DNA from: Squalus acanthias
Taxonomy: Eukaryota
Length of the DNA stretch: 64,000 nt
Assembly: GCA_030390025.1 (NCBI GenBank)
Contig: JASTWF010000034.1
Location: 3,596,001-3,660,000, forward strand
Direction of reading: 5' to 3'
The position numbers and the translations under genes are program-made. Positions 13,831 to 25,589 of the stretch are shown here, piece after piece. Under the pieces are notes generated by a model. That model had not been told where the DNA came from and did no database searches. It saw only the letters and a program-made list of their open reading frames with translations. Numbering within the stretch: position 1 is the first letter of the stretch; every line of letters begins with the position of its first letter.

Positions 13831-15250
13831 CGAGTCCCATCGTTCCACCACTGGGATATTCTCTCAGATCCTACCATTTAAGACCATTTATTTATTATTT
13901 TTTTAATCCTGATGGCCTGGTATGGAATAAATCAAAGAACTAGTGTGGGGAAATCCATTTTGTCAGTGATCTAAACAGAGAGCTAAGGTTGTGAATTTGG
14001 AAAGATTGTGAATTAGGAGCAGAGTAGGGAGGAGGAGAGAGCGAGAGGAGCGGCCGGAGATAAAGGTAGGCCAGAGAACCCAGAGCTGGGAGCGAGTGTT
14101 AGGGAGTGAGGTAAGTGACCTCAGCACAAGGGAAGACGCTGCAAAGAAAAACATTTATGTTGATTGTGATTTTTTGAAGTCTTGAGTTTAATTCCGTTAA
14201 GTTAGTTGGTAGTCTATTAAATAGAGGCATGGCAGGGCACCTCAGTGCAGTGGAATGCACACCTTGTGCCATGTGGGAATTCCAGGACACTTCCCACGGG
14301 TTTCGGAACTTGAGCAGCAGCTGGCGTCACTGTGGTGCATCCGTGAGGCTGAGAGCTCCGTGGATAGCACGTTTCAGGAGGTGGTCATCCCGCAGCATAA
14401 GAGTGTGCAGGCAGAGAGGGAATGTGTGACCGTCAGACAGACAAGGAGAACCACACATTTAGCGCAGGAGTCCCCTGAGTGCGTCTCACTCTCTCATTGG
14501 TATTCAATGGTTCCTCTGGGGAGTACAGCCGGAGCCAAGTCCACGGCACCACTGGTGGCTTAGCTGTAGGTGGGGGGAGGAGCAAGATTGGGAAAGCAAT
14601 AGTGATCAGAGATTCGATAGTTGGGGGAACAGACCGGCTTTTCTCCCACCACAGACGTGACTCCAGGATGGTATGTTGCCTCCCTGGTGCCAGGGTCAAG
14701 GATGTCACTGAGTGGTTGCAGGACATTCTGAGGGGGAAGGCTGAACAGACTGAGGTTGTGGTCCATATCGGTATCATCAACATAGGCAGAGAGAGGGATG
14801 TGATCCTGCAGGCAGATAATAGGGAGCTAGGAAAGAGATTACAAAGCAGGACATCGAAGGTAGTAATCTCCAGATTACTCCTGGTGCCACGAGCTAGTGA
14901 ATACAGAAATAGGAGGATATATAGCAGATGAATGCGTGGCTGGAGAGATGGTGCAGGAGGGAGGGCTTTAGATTCCTGGGATATAGGAACCTGTTCTGGG
15001 GGCGGTGTACAGGCCGGACGGGTTGCACCTCAACAGAGCCAGAACCAATATACTCACGGGGGGGCGGTGGTTGCTAGTATTGTTGGGGAACGTTTAAACT
15101 AATCTGCCAGTGCGATGGGCACCAGGATGTGGCATTAGAAGGAAGAAACAAGATGCACAAAGAATTGGGAGAGACAGATAACAGTAGAGTGTGAAGTAGT
15201 ACCGTATTAGCGGGGGTCAGTCTAAGAGAGAATCCAAGTAGGTCTAAGAT

Positions 15251-16021
15251 TGAAACAGAAAATGCTGAAAACACTCAGCATGTCAGGCAGCACCCTTGGA
15301 GAGAGAAACAGATTTAACGTTTCAGGTCGGTGACCCTTCGACAGAACTGGAAAAAGTTAGAGATGTAACAGGTTTTAAGCAGGTGCAGGGGCAGGGACAA
15401 GGGGGAGGCGGAGGAAATAACAAATGGGACGGTCTGTGATAGGGTGGAAGGCAGGAGTGGTTAAATGTTGCAAATGGGTATGGCAGAATCAACAACAGCT
15501 GCCGCCTGAGCTGCAGTCAGAGTGGGAGTGGAGCGGTAAATTAAGGTAACAAGCGTTCCATCCCACTCTGACGTCTCTGTCTTCGGCCTCTTACAACGTA
15601 AGCTCGAGGAACAGCACCTCCTCTTTCTATTAGGCACTATGCAGCCTTCTTGACTCAACACTGAGTTCAACAATTTCAACCATATCCTCTGCCCCTATTT
15701 TTTCAGGTGGCAGCTGTTGATAATTTTGTCATGCCCATTTGCAACATTTAACCACTCCTGCCTCCCACCTTATCACAGACCATCCCTTTTGTTCATTCCT
15801 CCTCTCCACCCCGCGCCCCCCCCCCCCCGCGCCTTACCCTGCCCCTACACCTGCTTACAACCTGTTGCATCTCTAACTTTTTCCAGTTCTGACGGAGGGT
15901 CACAGACTTGAAACGTTAACTCTGTTTCTCTCTCCACGGATGCTGCCTGACCTGCTGAGTGCTTCCAGCATTTTCTGTTGTTATTTCAGATTTCCAGCAA
16001 CCGCAGTATTTTGCTATTGTA
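15251..16021 (+). mobile_element. Penelope-like element remnant: inverted terminal arms around a GIY-YIG C-terminal fragment
   Basis: Arms 15253-15509 and 15703-15980 are reverse complements; the spacer encodes RKLEEQHLLFxLGTxQPxxLNxEF; flanked by aggtctaagat at 15240-15250 and 16022-16032. Confidence 0.8.
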
Positions 16022-16032
16022 AGGTCTAAGAT

Positions 16033-16465
16033 AAAAGAAAAAGAAACACTTACATTTATATAGCGCCTCTCACGGCCACCGGACGTCTCGAAGTGCTTTA
16101 CTTTTGGAGTGTAATCACTGTTGTAATGTGAGAAACGCGGCAGCCAATTCGTGCACAGCAAACTCCCACAAATAGCAATTTGATAATGATCAGATACACT
16201 GTTTTTGTTATGTTGATTGAGGGATAAATATTGGCCAGGTCACCCGGGATAACTCCACCACACTTCTTCGAACTAGTGCAATGGGATCTTTTACGTCCAC
16301 CTTAAAGAGGAGACAGGGCCTTGGTTTAACATCTCATTCAAAAGACGACACCTCAGCACTGCACCGGAGTGTCAGCCTAGATTTATGGGCCCAAATCGCT
16401 GGAGTGGAACCCACAACCTTCTGACTCAGAGGTGAGTGTTCCACCAGTTGAGCCACAGCTGACCC
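16033..16465 (-). mobile_element. Deu-domain SINE
   Basis: Reverse complement of the 11779-12330 core, plus a tRNA-like head (tcagctgtggctcaactggtgg...ggttgtgggttc). Confidence 0.85.
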
Positions 16466-17032
16466 TGTCATATAGGTTTACAGTGCGTGTGTATAAACGC
16501 ACCAAGCGTGGTAAATAGGTTGGTGAGCTGCAGGCACAAATAGCCACATAGGAAAATTATGTCGTGGCGGTAACAGAGACCTGGCTCAATAAGGGCAGGA
16601 TAGGGTATTAACTATTCCTGGATATAAGATGTTCAGGAAAGATAGGGAAGGAAAGAAAGGGGTTGGAGTAGCAGTATTGATTAAGGAGAATATTGCAGTG
16701 CTGGAGAGAGAGGATGTCTTGGAGGGGTGAAAGACAGAATCTATATGTTTAGTGTTAAAGAACAATAGAGGTACCATTACACTGCTGGGTGTGTTCTATA
16801 GGCCACCAACTAGTGGGAAGGATATAGAGGAGCAAATTTGCAGGGAAATTAGAGAGGTGGAAGAAATGTAGTGTAGTAATAATGGGGGACTTCAGTTATC
16901 CTAATATAGACTGGGATAGTAATAGTATAAAGGGCAGAGAGGGGGAAGAATTTCTGAAGTGAGTTCAAGAGAACTTTCTTGTTTGGTGCATTATCCGGCC
17001 CAACGAGGAAGGTGGTATTGCTGCATCTGGTT

Positions 17033-18998
17033 ACATACATAGATACATAGAAGATAGGAGCAGGAGTAGGCCATCCGGCCCTTCGAGCCTGCTCCGCCAT
17101 TTAATGAGATCATGGCTGATCCTCCAATTCAGTATCCCGTCCCCGCCTTCTCTCCGTAACCCTTAACCCCTTTTGCCTGTAGAAATACATCTAATTCCCT
17201 CTTAAATATATTTAATGAGCTGGCGTACACTGCCCTCTGTGGCAATGAGTTCCACAGGTTCACCACCCTCTGAGTGAAGAAATTCCCCCTCATTTCTGTC
17301 CTAAATGGTTTAGCCCTTATCCTTAAATTATGTCCTCTAGTTCTGTTCTCACCCGCCAAGGGAAACATTCCTTCTGCATCTAGTCTGTCTAGACCTGTCA
17401 GAATTTTATACACTTCTATGAGGTCCCCTCTCAATCTTCTAAACTCCAGTGTGTACATCCCTAAACTACATAGTCTCTCCTCATAGGTCAAATCCGCCAT
17501 TCCTGGTATCAGCCTGGTGAATCGCCGCTGCACCCCCTCCATGGCAAGAACATCTTTCCTCAGATGAGGCGACCAAAACTGTACACAGTACTCGAGGTGT
17601 GGTCTCACCAGTGCCCTATACAGCTGCAGCAAGGTATCCCTGTTCCTGTATTCCAACCCTTTTGCTATGAAGGCCAGCATACCGTTTGCCTTCTTGATCG
17701 CCTGTTGCACCTGCATGCTCGCCTTCAGTGACTGGTGTACAAGAACACCCAGGTCTCTCTGTACTTCCCCCTCTCCCAATTTATTGCCATTTAAATAATA
17801 ATTTGCCCTCCCGTTCCTGCACCCAAGGTGGATAACTTCGCACTTGTCCACATTATAGTGCATCTGCCATTTATCCGCCCAATCACCCAGTCTGTCCAAA
17901 TCGCTCTGGAGCTTCCTGGTCTCCTCCTTTGAGCCCACCCCCCCTCCTAGTTTAGTGTCGTCTGCAAATTTGGAAATGCTGCATCCGACTCCCTGATCCA
18001 GGTCATTAATGTAAATTGTGAACAGCTGGGGACCCAGGACAGATCCCTGTGGTACCCCACTTGTTACTGCCTGCCATTCAGAAAATGAGCCGTTTATTCC
18101 AACTCTCTGTTTTCTATCTGACAGCCAGTTCTCTATCCACGTCAATACTTTCCCCTTTATCCCATGAGCTTCAATTTTCCCTGCTAATCTTTTATGTGGG
18201 ACCTTATCGAAGGCCTTTTGGAAGTCCAGGTACACCACATCTACTGGCTCTCCCCCATCTATTTTACCAGTTACTCCCTCAAAAAATTCCAATAGATTAG
18301 TCAAGCACGATTTACCCTTTGTAAATCCATGTTGACTCTGTCCTATCCTGTCCCCATTTGCTAAGTGCTCCGCTATTTCATCCTTAATGATGGACTCCAG
18401 CATTTTGCCCACAACTGATGTAAGGCTTACAGGTCTGTAATTACCTGCTTTTTCCCTACCCCCCTTTTTTGAATAGTGGGGTAACGTTAGCTACCCTCCA
18501 ATCCATGGGCACTGTTCCCGAGTCTAATGAATTCTGAAAAATCATACTTAGTGCATCCGCTATCTCTAGGGCCACCTCCTTCAGCACCCTAGGATGCATG
18601 TTATCAGGCCCTGGGGATTTGTCCGCCTTCAATCCCTTTAGCTTCCTTAACACCATATCCTTAGAGATATTGACTTGCGTCAGTTCCTCCTTTGCAAATG
18701 TCCCTATTTTTCCCGATATCCCAGGGAGGTTTTTTGTGTCTTCCTTCGTAAAGACTGACCCAAAGTATGCATTTAGTTGGTCTGCCATTTCCTTATTTCC
18801 CGTTATATATTCCCCCGTATCTGACTGCAATGGGCCAACTTTGGTTTTCACCAGTCTTTTCCTCTTGATATACTTATAAAAGCTTTTGGAGTTAGTTTTT
18901 ATATTTTCCGCCAGCTTGCTTTCGTAAGCTATTTTGCCCCTCTTGATTAAGCCCTTTGTCCTCCTTTGCTCTATCTTAAACTGTTCCCAATCTTCCGC
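17033..18998 (-). mobile_element. 5'-truncated, young CR1 LINE with an uninterrupted 427-aa RT segment
   Basis: ORF 17129-18412 ([21 protein letters not shown]); tail at 17033-17050; tctggtt duplicated at 17026-17032 and 18999-19005. Confidence 0.95.
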
Positions 18999-20845
18999 TC
19001 TGGTTCTGGGGAATGAGCTAGGTGAAGTAGAGCAAGTGCCAGTAAAGGAACATTTAGGGAACAGTGATCATAGTATCATAATTTATAGATTAGCTATGTA
19101 AAAGGACAAGGAGCAATCTAGAGTAAAAATGCTTAATTTGGGGAGGGCCAATTTCAGTGGGTTGAGAACGGAGCTGTGCCAGGTAAATTGGAATCAAAGA
19201 TTGGCAGGCAAAACTGACATCGAAAAAGAGATGATTCGGGTACAATCGAGGTACATTTACACAAGGGGGTTAGGTAGCGCAAACAAAGTGATAGCTCCCT
19301 GGATGATGAAAGATATAGAGTAAGAGGAAGCAGGAAAATGGGGCGTATGACAGATGTCAAGTTGAAAATACAAGTGAGAACCAGGCTGAATATAGAACGT
19401 TCAGAGAGGAAGTGAAAAACGAAATCAGAGGGGCAAAGAGAGAGTCTGAGAATAGATTGGCAGATAACAATAAATGGAATCCAAACGTCTTCTATAGACA
19501 TATAAATAGTAAACGGGCAGTAAGAGAAGGGATGGGGCCGATTAAGGGACAAAAAGCAGACCTAAGAATGGAGGCAGAGGGCATGGCTGAGATACTAAAT
19601 TAATACCTGGTATCTGTCTTTACCAAGGAAGAAGCTGCTGCCAAATTCATAGTGAAAGAGGAGGTAGTTGAGAGACTGGATGGGCCAAAAATTGATAAAG
19701 ACGAGGTACTAGAAAGGCTGGCTGTGCTTAAATTAAATAAGTCACCAGGAGCAGATGGGAGGCAACCTCGGATTCTGAGGTACTGGCCATAATCTTCAAG
19801 TCCTCCTTAGATACGGTGTGGTGCCAGACGACTGGAGAATTTCAAATGTTACACCCTTGTTCAAAACGGGTGCAAGGATAAACCAGGCAACTGTAATCCA
19901 ACCAGTTTAACGTTGGTGATTGGGAAGCTTTTAGCAACAATAATCTGGGACAAAATTAACAGGCACTTGGAGAAGTGTGGATTAATTAAGGAAAGCCAGC
20001 ACGGATTTGTCAAAAGGAAATATGTTTAACTAATTTGATCATGTTCATTGATGATTAAACAGAGAGGGTTGATGAGCGCAATGCGGTTGATGTGGTTGAC
20101 ATGGACCTCAAAAAGACGTGGATAAAGTGCCACATAATTGACTTGACCGCAAAGTTGAAGCCCATGGAATAAAAGGGACAGTGGCAGCATGGATATGGAA
20201 TTGGCTAAGTGACAGGAAACAGAGAGTAGTGGTGAACGGTTGTTTTCCGGACTGGAAGAAGGTATACAGTGGTGTTCCCCAGGGGTCGGTACTAGGACCA
20301 CTGCTTTTCTTGACATATGTTAATGACTTGGACTTGGGGATACAGGGCAGAATTTCGAAATTTGCAGATGAGACAAAACTTGGAAGTATTGTGAACAGTG
20401 AGGCATATAGTGATAGACTTGAAGAGGACATAGACATGCTGGTGAAAAAGGTGGACACGTAGAGATGACATTTAACGCAGAAAAGTCTGAAATGATACAA
20501 TTTGTTAGGAAGAATGAGGAGAGACAATATAAAATAAAGTGTACAATTCCAGAAGGGGTGCATGAACAGAGAGACCTGGGGGTCTATGTGCACAAATCGT
20601 TGAAGGTGGCAGGGCAGCTTGAGAAAGCGGGTAAAAAATTATGCAGGTTCCTGGGCTTCATAAATAGAGGCATAGTGTACAGAAATAAGGAAGTTATGAT
20701 GAACCAGTATAAAACACCTGGTTCGGCCTCAACTGGAGTATTGTGTCCAATTCTGGGCACCGCACTTTAGGAAGGTTTTGAATGACTTAGAGAGGGTGCG
20801 TAAATGATTTACAAGAATTATTCAAGGGAGTAGGGACTTCAGATA

Positions 20846-23360
20846 CATAGAGTCATAGAGTCATAGAGTCATAAAGTTATACAGCACGGATAGAAGCCCT
20901 TCGGCCCATCGTGTCCGCGCCGGCCATCAAGCCCTGTCTAATCTAATCCAATATTCCAGCATTTGGTCCGTAGCCTTGTATGCTATGGCATTTCAAGTGC
21001 TCATCCAAATGCTTCTTGAATGTTGTGAGGGTTCCTGCCTCCACAACCCTTTCAGGCAGTGAGTTCCAGACTCCAACCACCCTCTGGGTGAAAAAGTTCT
21101 TTCTCAAATCCCTTCTAAACCTCCTGCCCTTTACCTTGAATCTATGCCCCCTTGTTATAGAACCCTCTAGTAAGGAAAAAAGCTCCTTCGTATCCATCCT
21201 ATCTATGCCCCGCACAATTTTGTACAACTCAATCATGTCCCCCCTCAGCCTTCTCTGCTCCAAGGAAAACAAACCCAATCTGCCCAGTCTCTCTTCATAG
21301 CTGAAGCACTCCAGCCCGGGTAACATTCTGGTGAATCTCCTCTGCACCCTCTCCAAAGCTGTCACATCCTTCCTGTAGTGTGGCGACCAGAACTGCACAC
21401 AGTATTCCAGATGTGGCCTAACCAGTGTTTTATACAGCTCCATCATAACCTCCTTGCTCTTATATTCTATGCCTCGGCTAATGAATGCAAGTATCCCATA
21501 TGCCTTTTTACCACCTTATCCACCTGTTCCGCCGCCTTCAGGGATCTGTGTACTTGCACACCAAGATCCCTCTGACCCTCCGTCTTGCCTAGGGTCTTAC
21601 CATTCATTGTGTATTCCCTTGCCTTGTTAGTCCCTCCAAAGTGCATCACCTCGCACCTTTCCGGATTAAATTCCATTTGCCACTGTTCCGCCCATCTGAC
21701 CAACCCATCTATATCGTCCTGCAGACTGAGGCTACCCTCCTCGCTATTTACCACCCTACCAATTTTTGTATCATCCGCGAACTTACTGATCATACCTTTT
21801 ACATTCATATCCAAGTCGTTAATGTAGACCACAAACAGCAAGGGACCCAGCACCGATCCCTGTGGTACCCCACTGGCCACAGGCTTCCAGTCACAAAAAC
21901 AACCTTCGACCATCACCCTCTGCCTTCTGCCACTGAGCCAATTTTGTATCCAATGTGCCAAGGCACCCTGGATTCCATGGTCTCTTACCTTCTAGACCAG
22001 TCTCCAGTGCGGGACTTTATCGAAGGCCTCACTGAAATCAATGTATACCACATCCACTGCGTTACCCTCATCCACACACCTAGTCACCCCCTCAAAAAAT
22101 TCAATCAAATTAGTCAGACATGATCTTCCCTTGACAAAGCCATGTTGGCTAACCCTGATTAATCCTTGCCTCTCCAAGTGGAGAGTAATTTTGTCCCTCA
22201 GAATTTTTTCCAAAAATTTTCCTACCACTGATGTTAGGCTCACTGGCCTGTAGTTCCCCGGTTTTTCCCTACTCCCTTTCTTGAATAATGGTACTACATT
22301 AGCGATTCTCCAGTCCTCTGGCACATCCCCTGTGGCCAGAGAGGTTCTGAATATATGTTTTAGAGCCCCCGCAATCTCCTCCTTTGCCTCCCACAGCAGC
22401 CTGGGATACATTTCGTCCGGACCTGGGGATTTTATCCATTTTGAGACCTGCTGAAACCGCCAATACCTCCTCCCTCTCGATGTTAAAATGTTCGAGTATA
22501 TCACAGTCCCCCTGCCCTAATTTTATGTCTGCATCGTCCTTCTCCATAGTGAAAACAAATGCAAAAAATTCATTTAGAACCCCACCTACATCTTCCGGCT
22601 CCACACACAGATTGCCACTTTTGTCCCTAATTGGCCCTATTTTTTCCCTAGTTATCCTCTTACCCTTAATATACTTATAAAACATCTTAGGATTTTCCTT
22701 TATTTTGCTCGCCAGTGTTATTTCATGGCCCCTCCTTGATCTCCTAATTTCTTTTTAAGTATCCCCCTGCACTTTTTGTACTCCTCTACGGCTTCCTCCG
22801 TCTTTAGCATTTTGTATCTGCCAAAAGCCCTCCTTTTTTTCCTGATCCATTGTCGTATATCCCCTGACATCCAAGGTTCCCTGGGGTTTTTGGAACCACC
22901 CTTGACCTTTACGGGAACATGCTGCCATTGTATGATCTCAATCTCCCTTCTGAAAGAATCCCATTGCTCCGATGCGGATTTTCCTACAAGCAGCTGATCC
23001 CAGTCCATTTTGGCCAGATCCTGCCTTATCTTATTAAAATCGGCCTTCCCCCAATTTAGAACCTTTATTTCCGGCCAATCCCTGTCCTTTTCCATGACCA
23101 CCTTAAATCTCACCGTATTATGGTCACTGTCACCAAAGTGCTCAACGACTAGCACTTCTTCCACTTGGCCGGCCACATTCCCTAGAATTAGGTCCAGTAC
23201 CGCCCCCGCCCTTGTAGGACTTTCTACATGCTGGCTCAAAAAGCTCTCCTGGATGCACTTTAAGAATTTTGAACCATCTAAGCCTTTCACACTCTGACTA
23301 TCCCAGTTAATATTGGGAAAGTTGAAATCCCCCATTATTATTACCCTATTATTTGCACCC
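20846..23360 (-). mobile_element. 5'-truncated CR1 LINE (same family as 2966-11578)
   Basis: APE GDFNFPNINW through RT to a (ctatgact)n tail at 20846-20875. Confidence 0.93.
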
Positions 23361-23809
23361 TATTATTACGTGGATAGACTGGAGAAGCTGGGGTTGTTAT
23401 CCTTAGAACAGAGGAGGTTGAGAGGAGATGTGATAGAGGTGTTCAAAATCATGAGGGGTCTGGACAGAGCAGATAGAGAGAAACTGATCCCATTGGTGGA
23501 AAGGTTGCGAATCAGAGGATACAGATTTAATGTGATTGGCAGAAGAAAAAAAGTGGACATAAGAAAAAACATTTTTACACAGCGACTGGTTAGGATCTGG
23601 AATGCACTGCCTTAAAGGGTGGTGAAGGCAGATTCAATCGTGGCTTTCAAAACGGAATTGGCGAAGTACCTAAAGGAAGAAATTGCAGGGTAACGGGGAA
23701 AGTGTGTGGGAGTGGGACTTGCTGAAGTGCTCTTGCAGAGAGCCGGCACGGGCTCGACGGGCAGAATGGCCTCCTTCTGCGTTATAACCGTTCTCTGATT
23801 CTATCTTTT

Positions 23810-24278
23810 AAGAAAGAAAGCCTTGCATTTATATAGCGCCTTTCACAACCACCGGACTTCTCGAACGCTTTACAGCCAATGAAGTGCTTTCGGAAGTGTA
23901 GTCACTGTTGTATTGTGGGAAACACGGCAGCCAATTTGCACAGCAAACTCCCACAAACAGCAATGTGATAATGACCAGGTATGCTGTTTCTGTTATGTTG
24001 ATTGAGGGATAAATATCGGCCAGTACACCGGGGATAACTCCCCTGCTCCTCTTAAAAATAGTGCCATGGGATATTTTACGTCCACATCAGAGCACAGATG
24101 GGGCCTCGGTTTAATGTCTAATATGAAAGACGACACCTCCGACAGTGCAGCACTTCCTCAGCACTGCACTGGAGTGTCAGCCTAGATTCATGTGCTGCAA
24201 ATACCTGCAGTGGGACTTAAACCCACAACCTTCTGTTTCAGAGGCGAGTGTGCTACCCACTGAGCCACAGCTAACACA
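23810..24278 (-). mobile_element. Deu-domain SINE, near complete
   Basis: Same core as the other two copies; head ttagctgtggctcagtgggtagcacactcgcctctga with A/B-box-like motifs. Confidence 0.87.
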
Positions 24279-24377
24279 GTATTCCTTCCTTTTTCTGTCA
24301 CCTCTCGTCTTTTGTTCTCAGCTTTAGATCAATACAGGGAGAGAAACTCCCTTCTCTCTATTCTATCCTCTGTATTT

Positions 24378-24530
24378 TTGGACACTTCAGGAATCAAGGG
24401 ATATGGGGATCGGGGAGGGGGTGGGGCGGAATGTGGATTGTAGGTCGAAGATCCGCCATTATCTTAGTCAATGAAGGGCTCGAAGGGCCATATGGCCTAC
24501 TCCTGCTCCTAATTCTTATATTCTTATGTT
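24378..24530 (+). mobile_element. CR1-type 3' tail fragment
   Basis: atcaagggatatgggga...ggcctactcctgctcctaattcttatattcttatg. Confidence 0.75.
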
Positions 24531-24690
24531 TATGGGCGGGTGAACTATTGCGTATTCGCTAAATTTTAATTTAAAACTGTGTACAATAAGGTGAGCTAGA
24601 TTGTGATGAAGTAAAGTTTTGTGATGACAATGGTTCAATGAGTCTGTTTGTTCAATGACTGTAATTAATGCCAGATACAGTGAGGCCTAA

Positions 24691-24712
24691 TGATGTCACT
24701 CGGGGATTTCCC
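24691..24712 (+). promoter_or_regulatory. Candidate CRE-like (TGATGTCA) and NF-kB (GGGGATTTCC) sites upstream of GPCR exon 1
   Basis: Motif matches 100-120 bp upstream of the ATG at 24811; function untested. Confidence 0.35.
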
Positions 24713-24810
24713 TCTGCTCTAAGTAAGGAGCTCCCTTCACTGTGTCACCTCACACAGTCAGCGCGCTGCCCCGAGCACAAAGACCACCAGACACTCACAG
24801 AAGGGAAGGA

Positions 24811-24901
24811 ATGGATTGGGATGAAGTGTTTAGGATATTAGGAATATGTTATGATATACAAAATATGTACTATCCCCTCCTCACTGCTGTTGGTGCTCCC
24901 A
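24811..24901 (+). CDS. GPR139/GPR142-like GPCR, coding exon 1
   Basis: MDWDEVFRILGICYDIQNMYYPLLTAVGAP followed by a|gtaagg (phase-1 donor); YYPxLxxVGxP is the first half of TM1 and is in phase with the acceptor at 36557. Confidence 0.8.
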
Positions 24902-25229
24902 GTAAGGATCTATGTCCAGTTATTAATTCTACAAACCATGTCACACTGTAACATTATTCTTGCTATTTACACTGGGATATTCAGTTATTAGTGGAATTCT
25001 GTGTTTCAAGTTGTTGCATCTTTGCTAACGCATGGGTTGTTGTTGAAAAATACTGGAACATCCTCGCTACTGTTGGTGTTCCTGGGAAGTCTCACTATCC
25101 AGCTATTAATTCTGTAAATCATGTTTAACAGCATTACTATTCTTGTAATTTACTCCCCCAAGACACCGCCTTGCTGCTGTTGGTGTTGCTGCAAAATCTC
25201 TATATCCATCTATTAATTCTGTAGACCAT
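24875..25229 (+). repeat. Three degenerate tandem copies of the GPCR exon-1 end plus intron start
   Basis: ctgctgttggtg...tattaattct...catg repeated at about 24880, 25060 and 25170. Confidence 0.75.
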
Positions 25230-25589
25230 GGGGGAAAATTGGGTATCGCCCATTTTGGGGCTCTAATATCCGCCGGGTGTGAAGTTTAGCGCCCAGCGCT
25301 AATTATTGCCTCAGACTGCAAAATTCGCCTCTATCGCTCCTGGAGGATTTTCGAGCGCTAAATCAGGTGCTGAACATCTCTCTTAAAGCACACACGTTGG
25401 GGAGCGAGGCGCTACGTCAGAGCACTACTGAAGCTCAGATGATGTCAGTGACCATGGAAGCCAGACAGCCTGGCGACATCCAGTTCTTCAAGGGTAGGGC
25501 CCAATTGCTGGCCAGCCGCACCCTGCTCATTGCAGTCTTGAATTGGGACCTCGACAGACTTGTGTTTAAAGTGTCTCTTAGAAGCAGTA

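Larger units (their letters stand above)
13960..23805 (+). mobile_element. Old full-length CR1 LINE split by four nested insertions (pieces about 13960-15250, 16470-17032, 19006-20845, 23365-23805)
   Basis: ORF1 esterase 14229-15110; APE 16490-17032 resuming at 19006 (LxLV|LGNE); RT 19800-20845 resuming at 23365 ([10 protein letters not shown]); tail at about 23790-23805. Confidence 0.88.

Noticed and set aside
24170..24278. tRNA gene
   Set aside because: tRNA-like head of a SINE, continuous with the SINE body; no complete cloverleaf.
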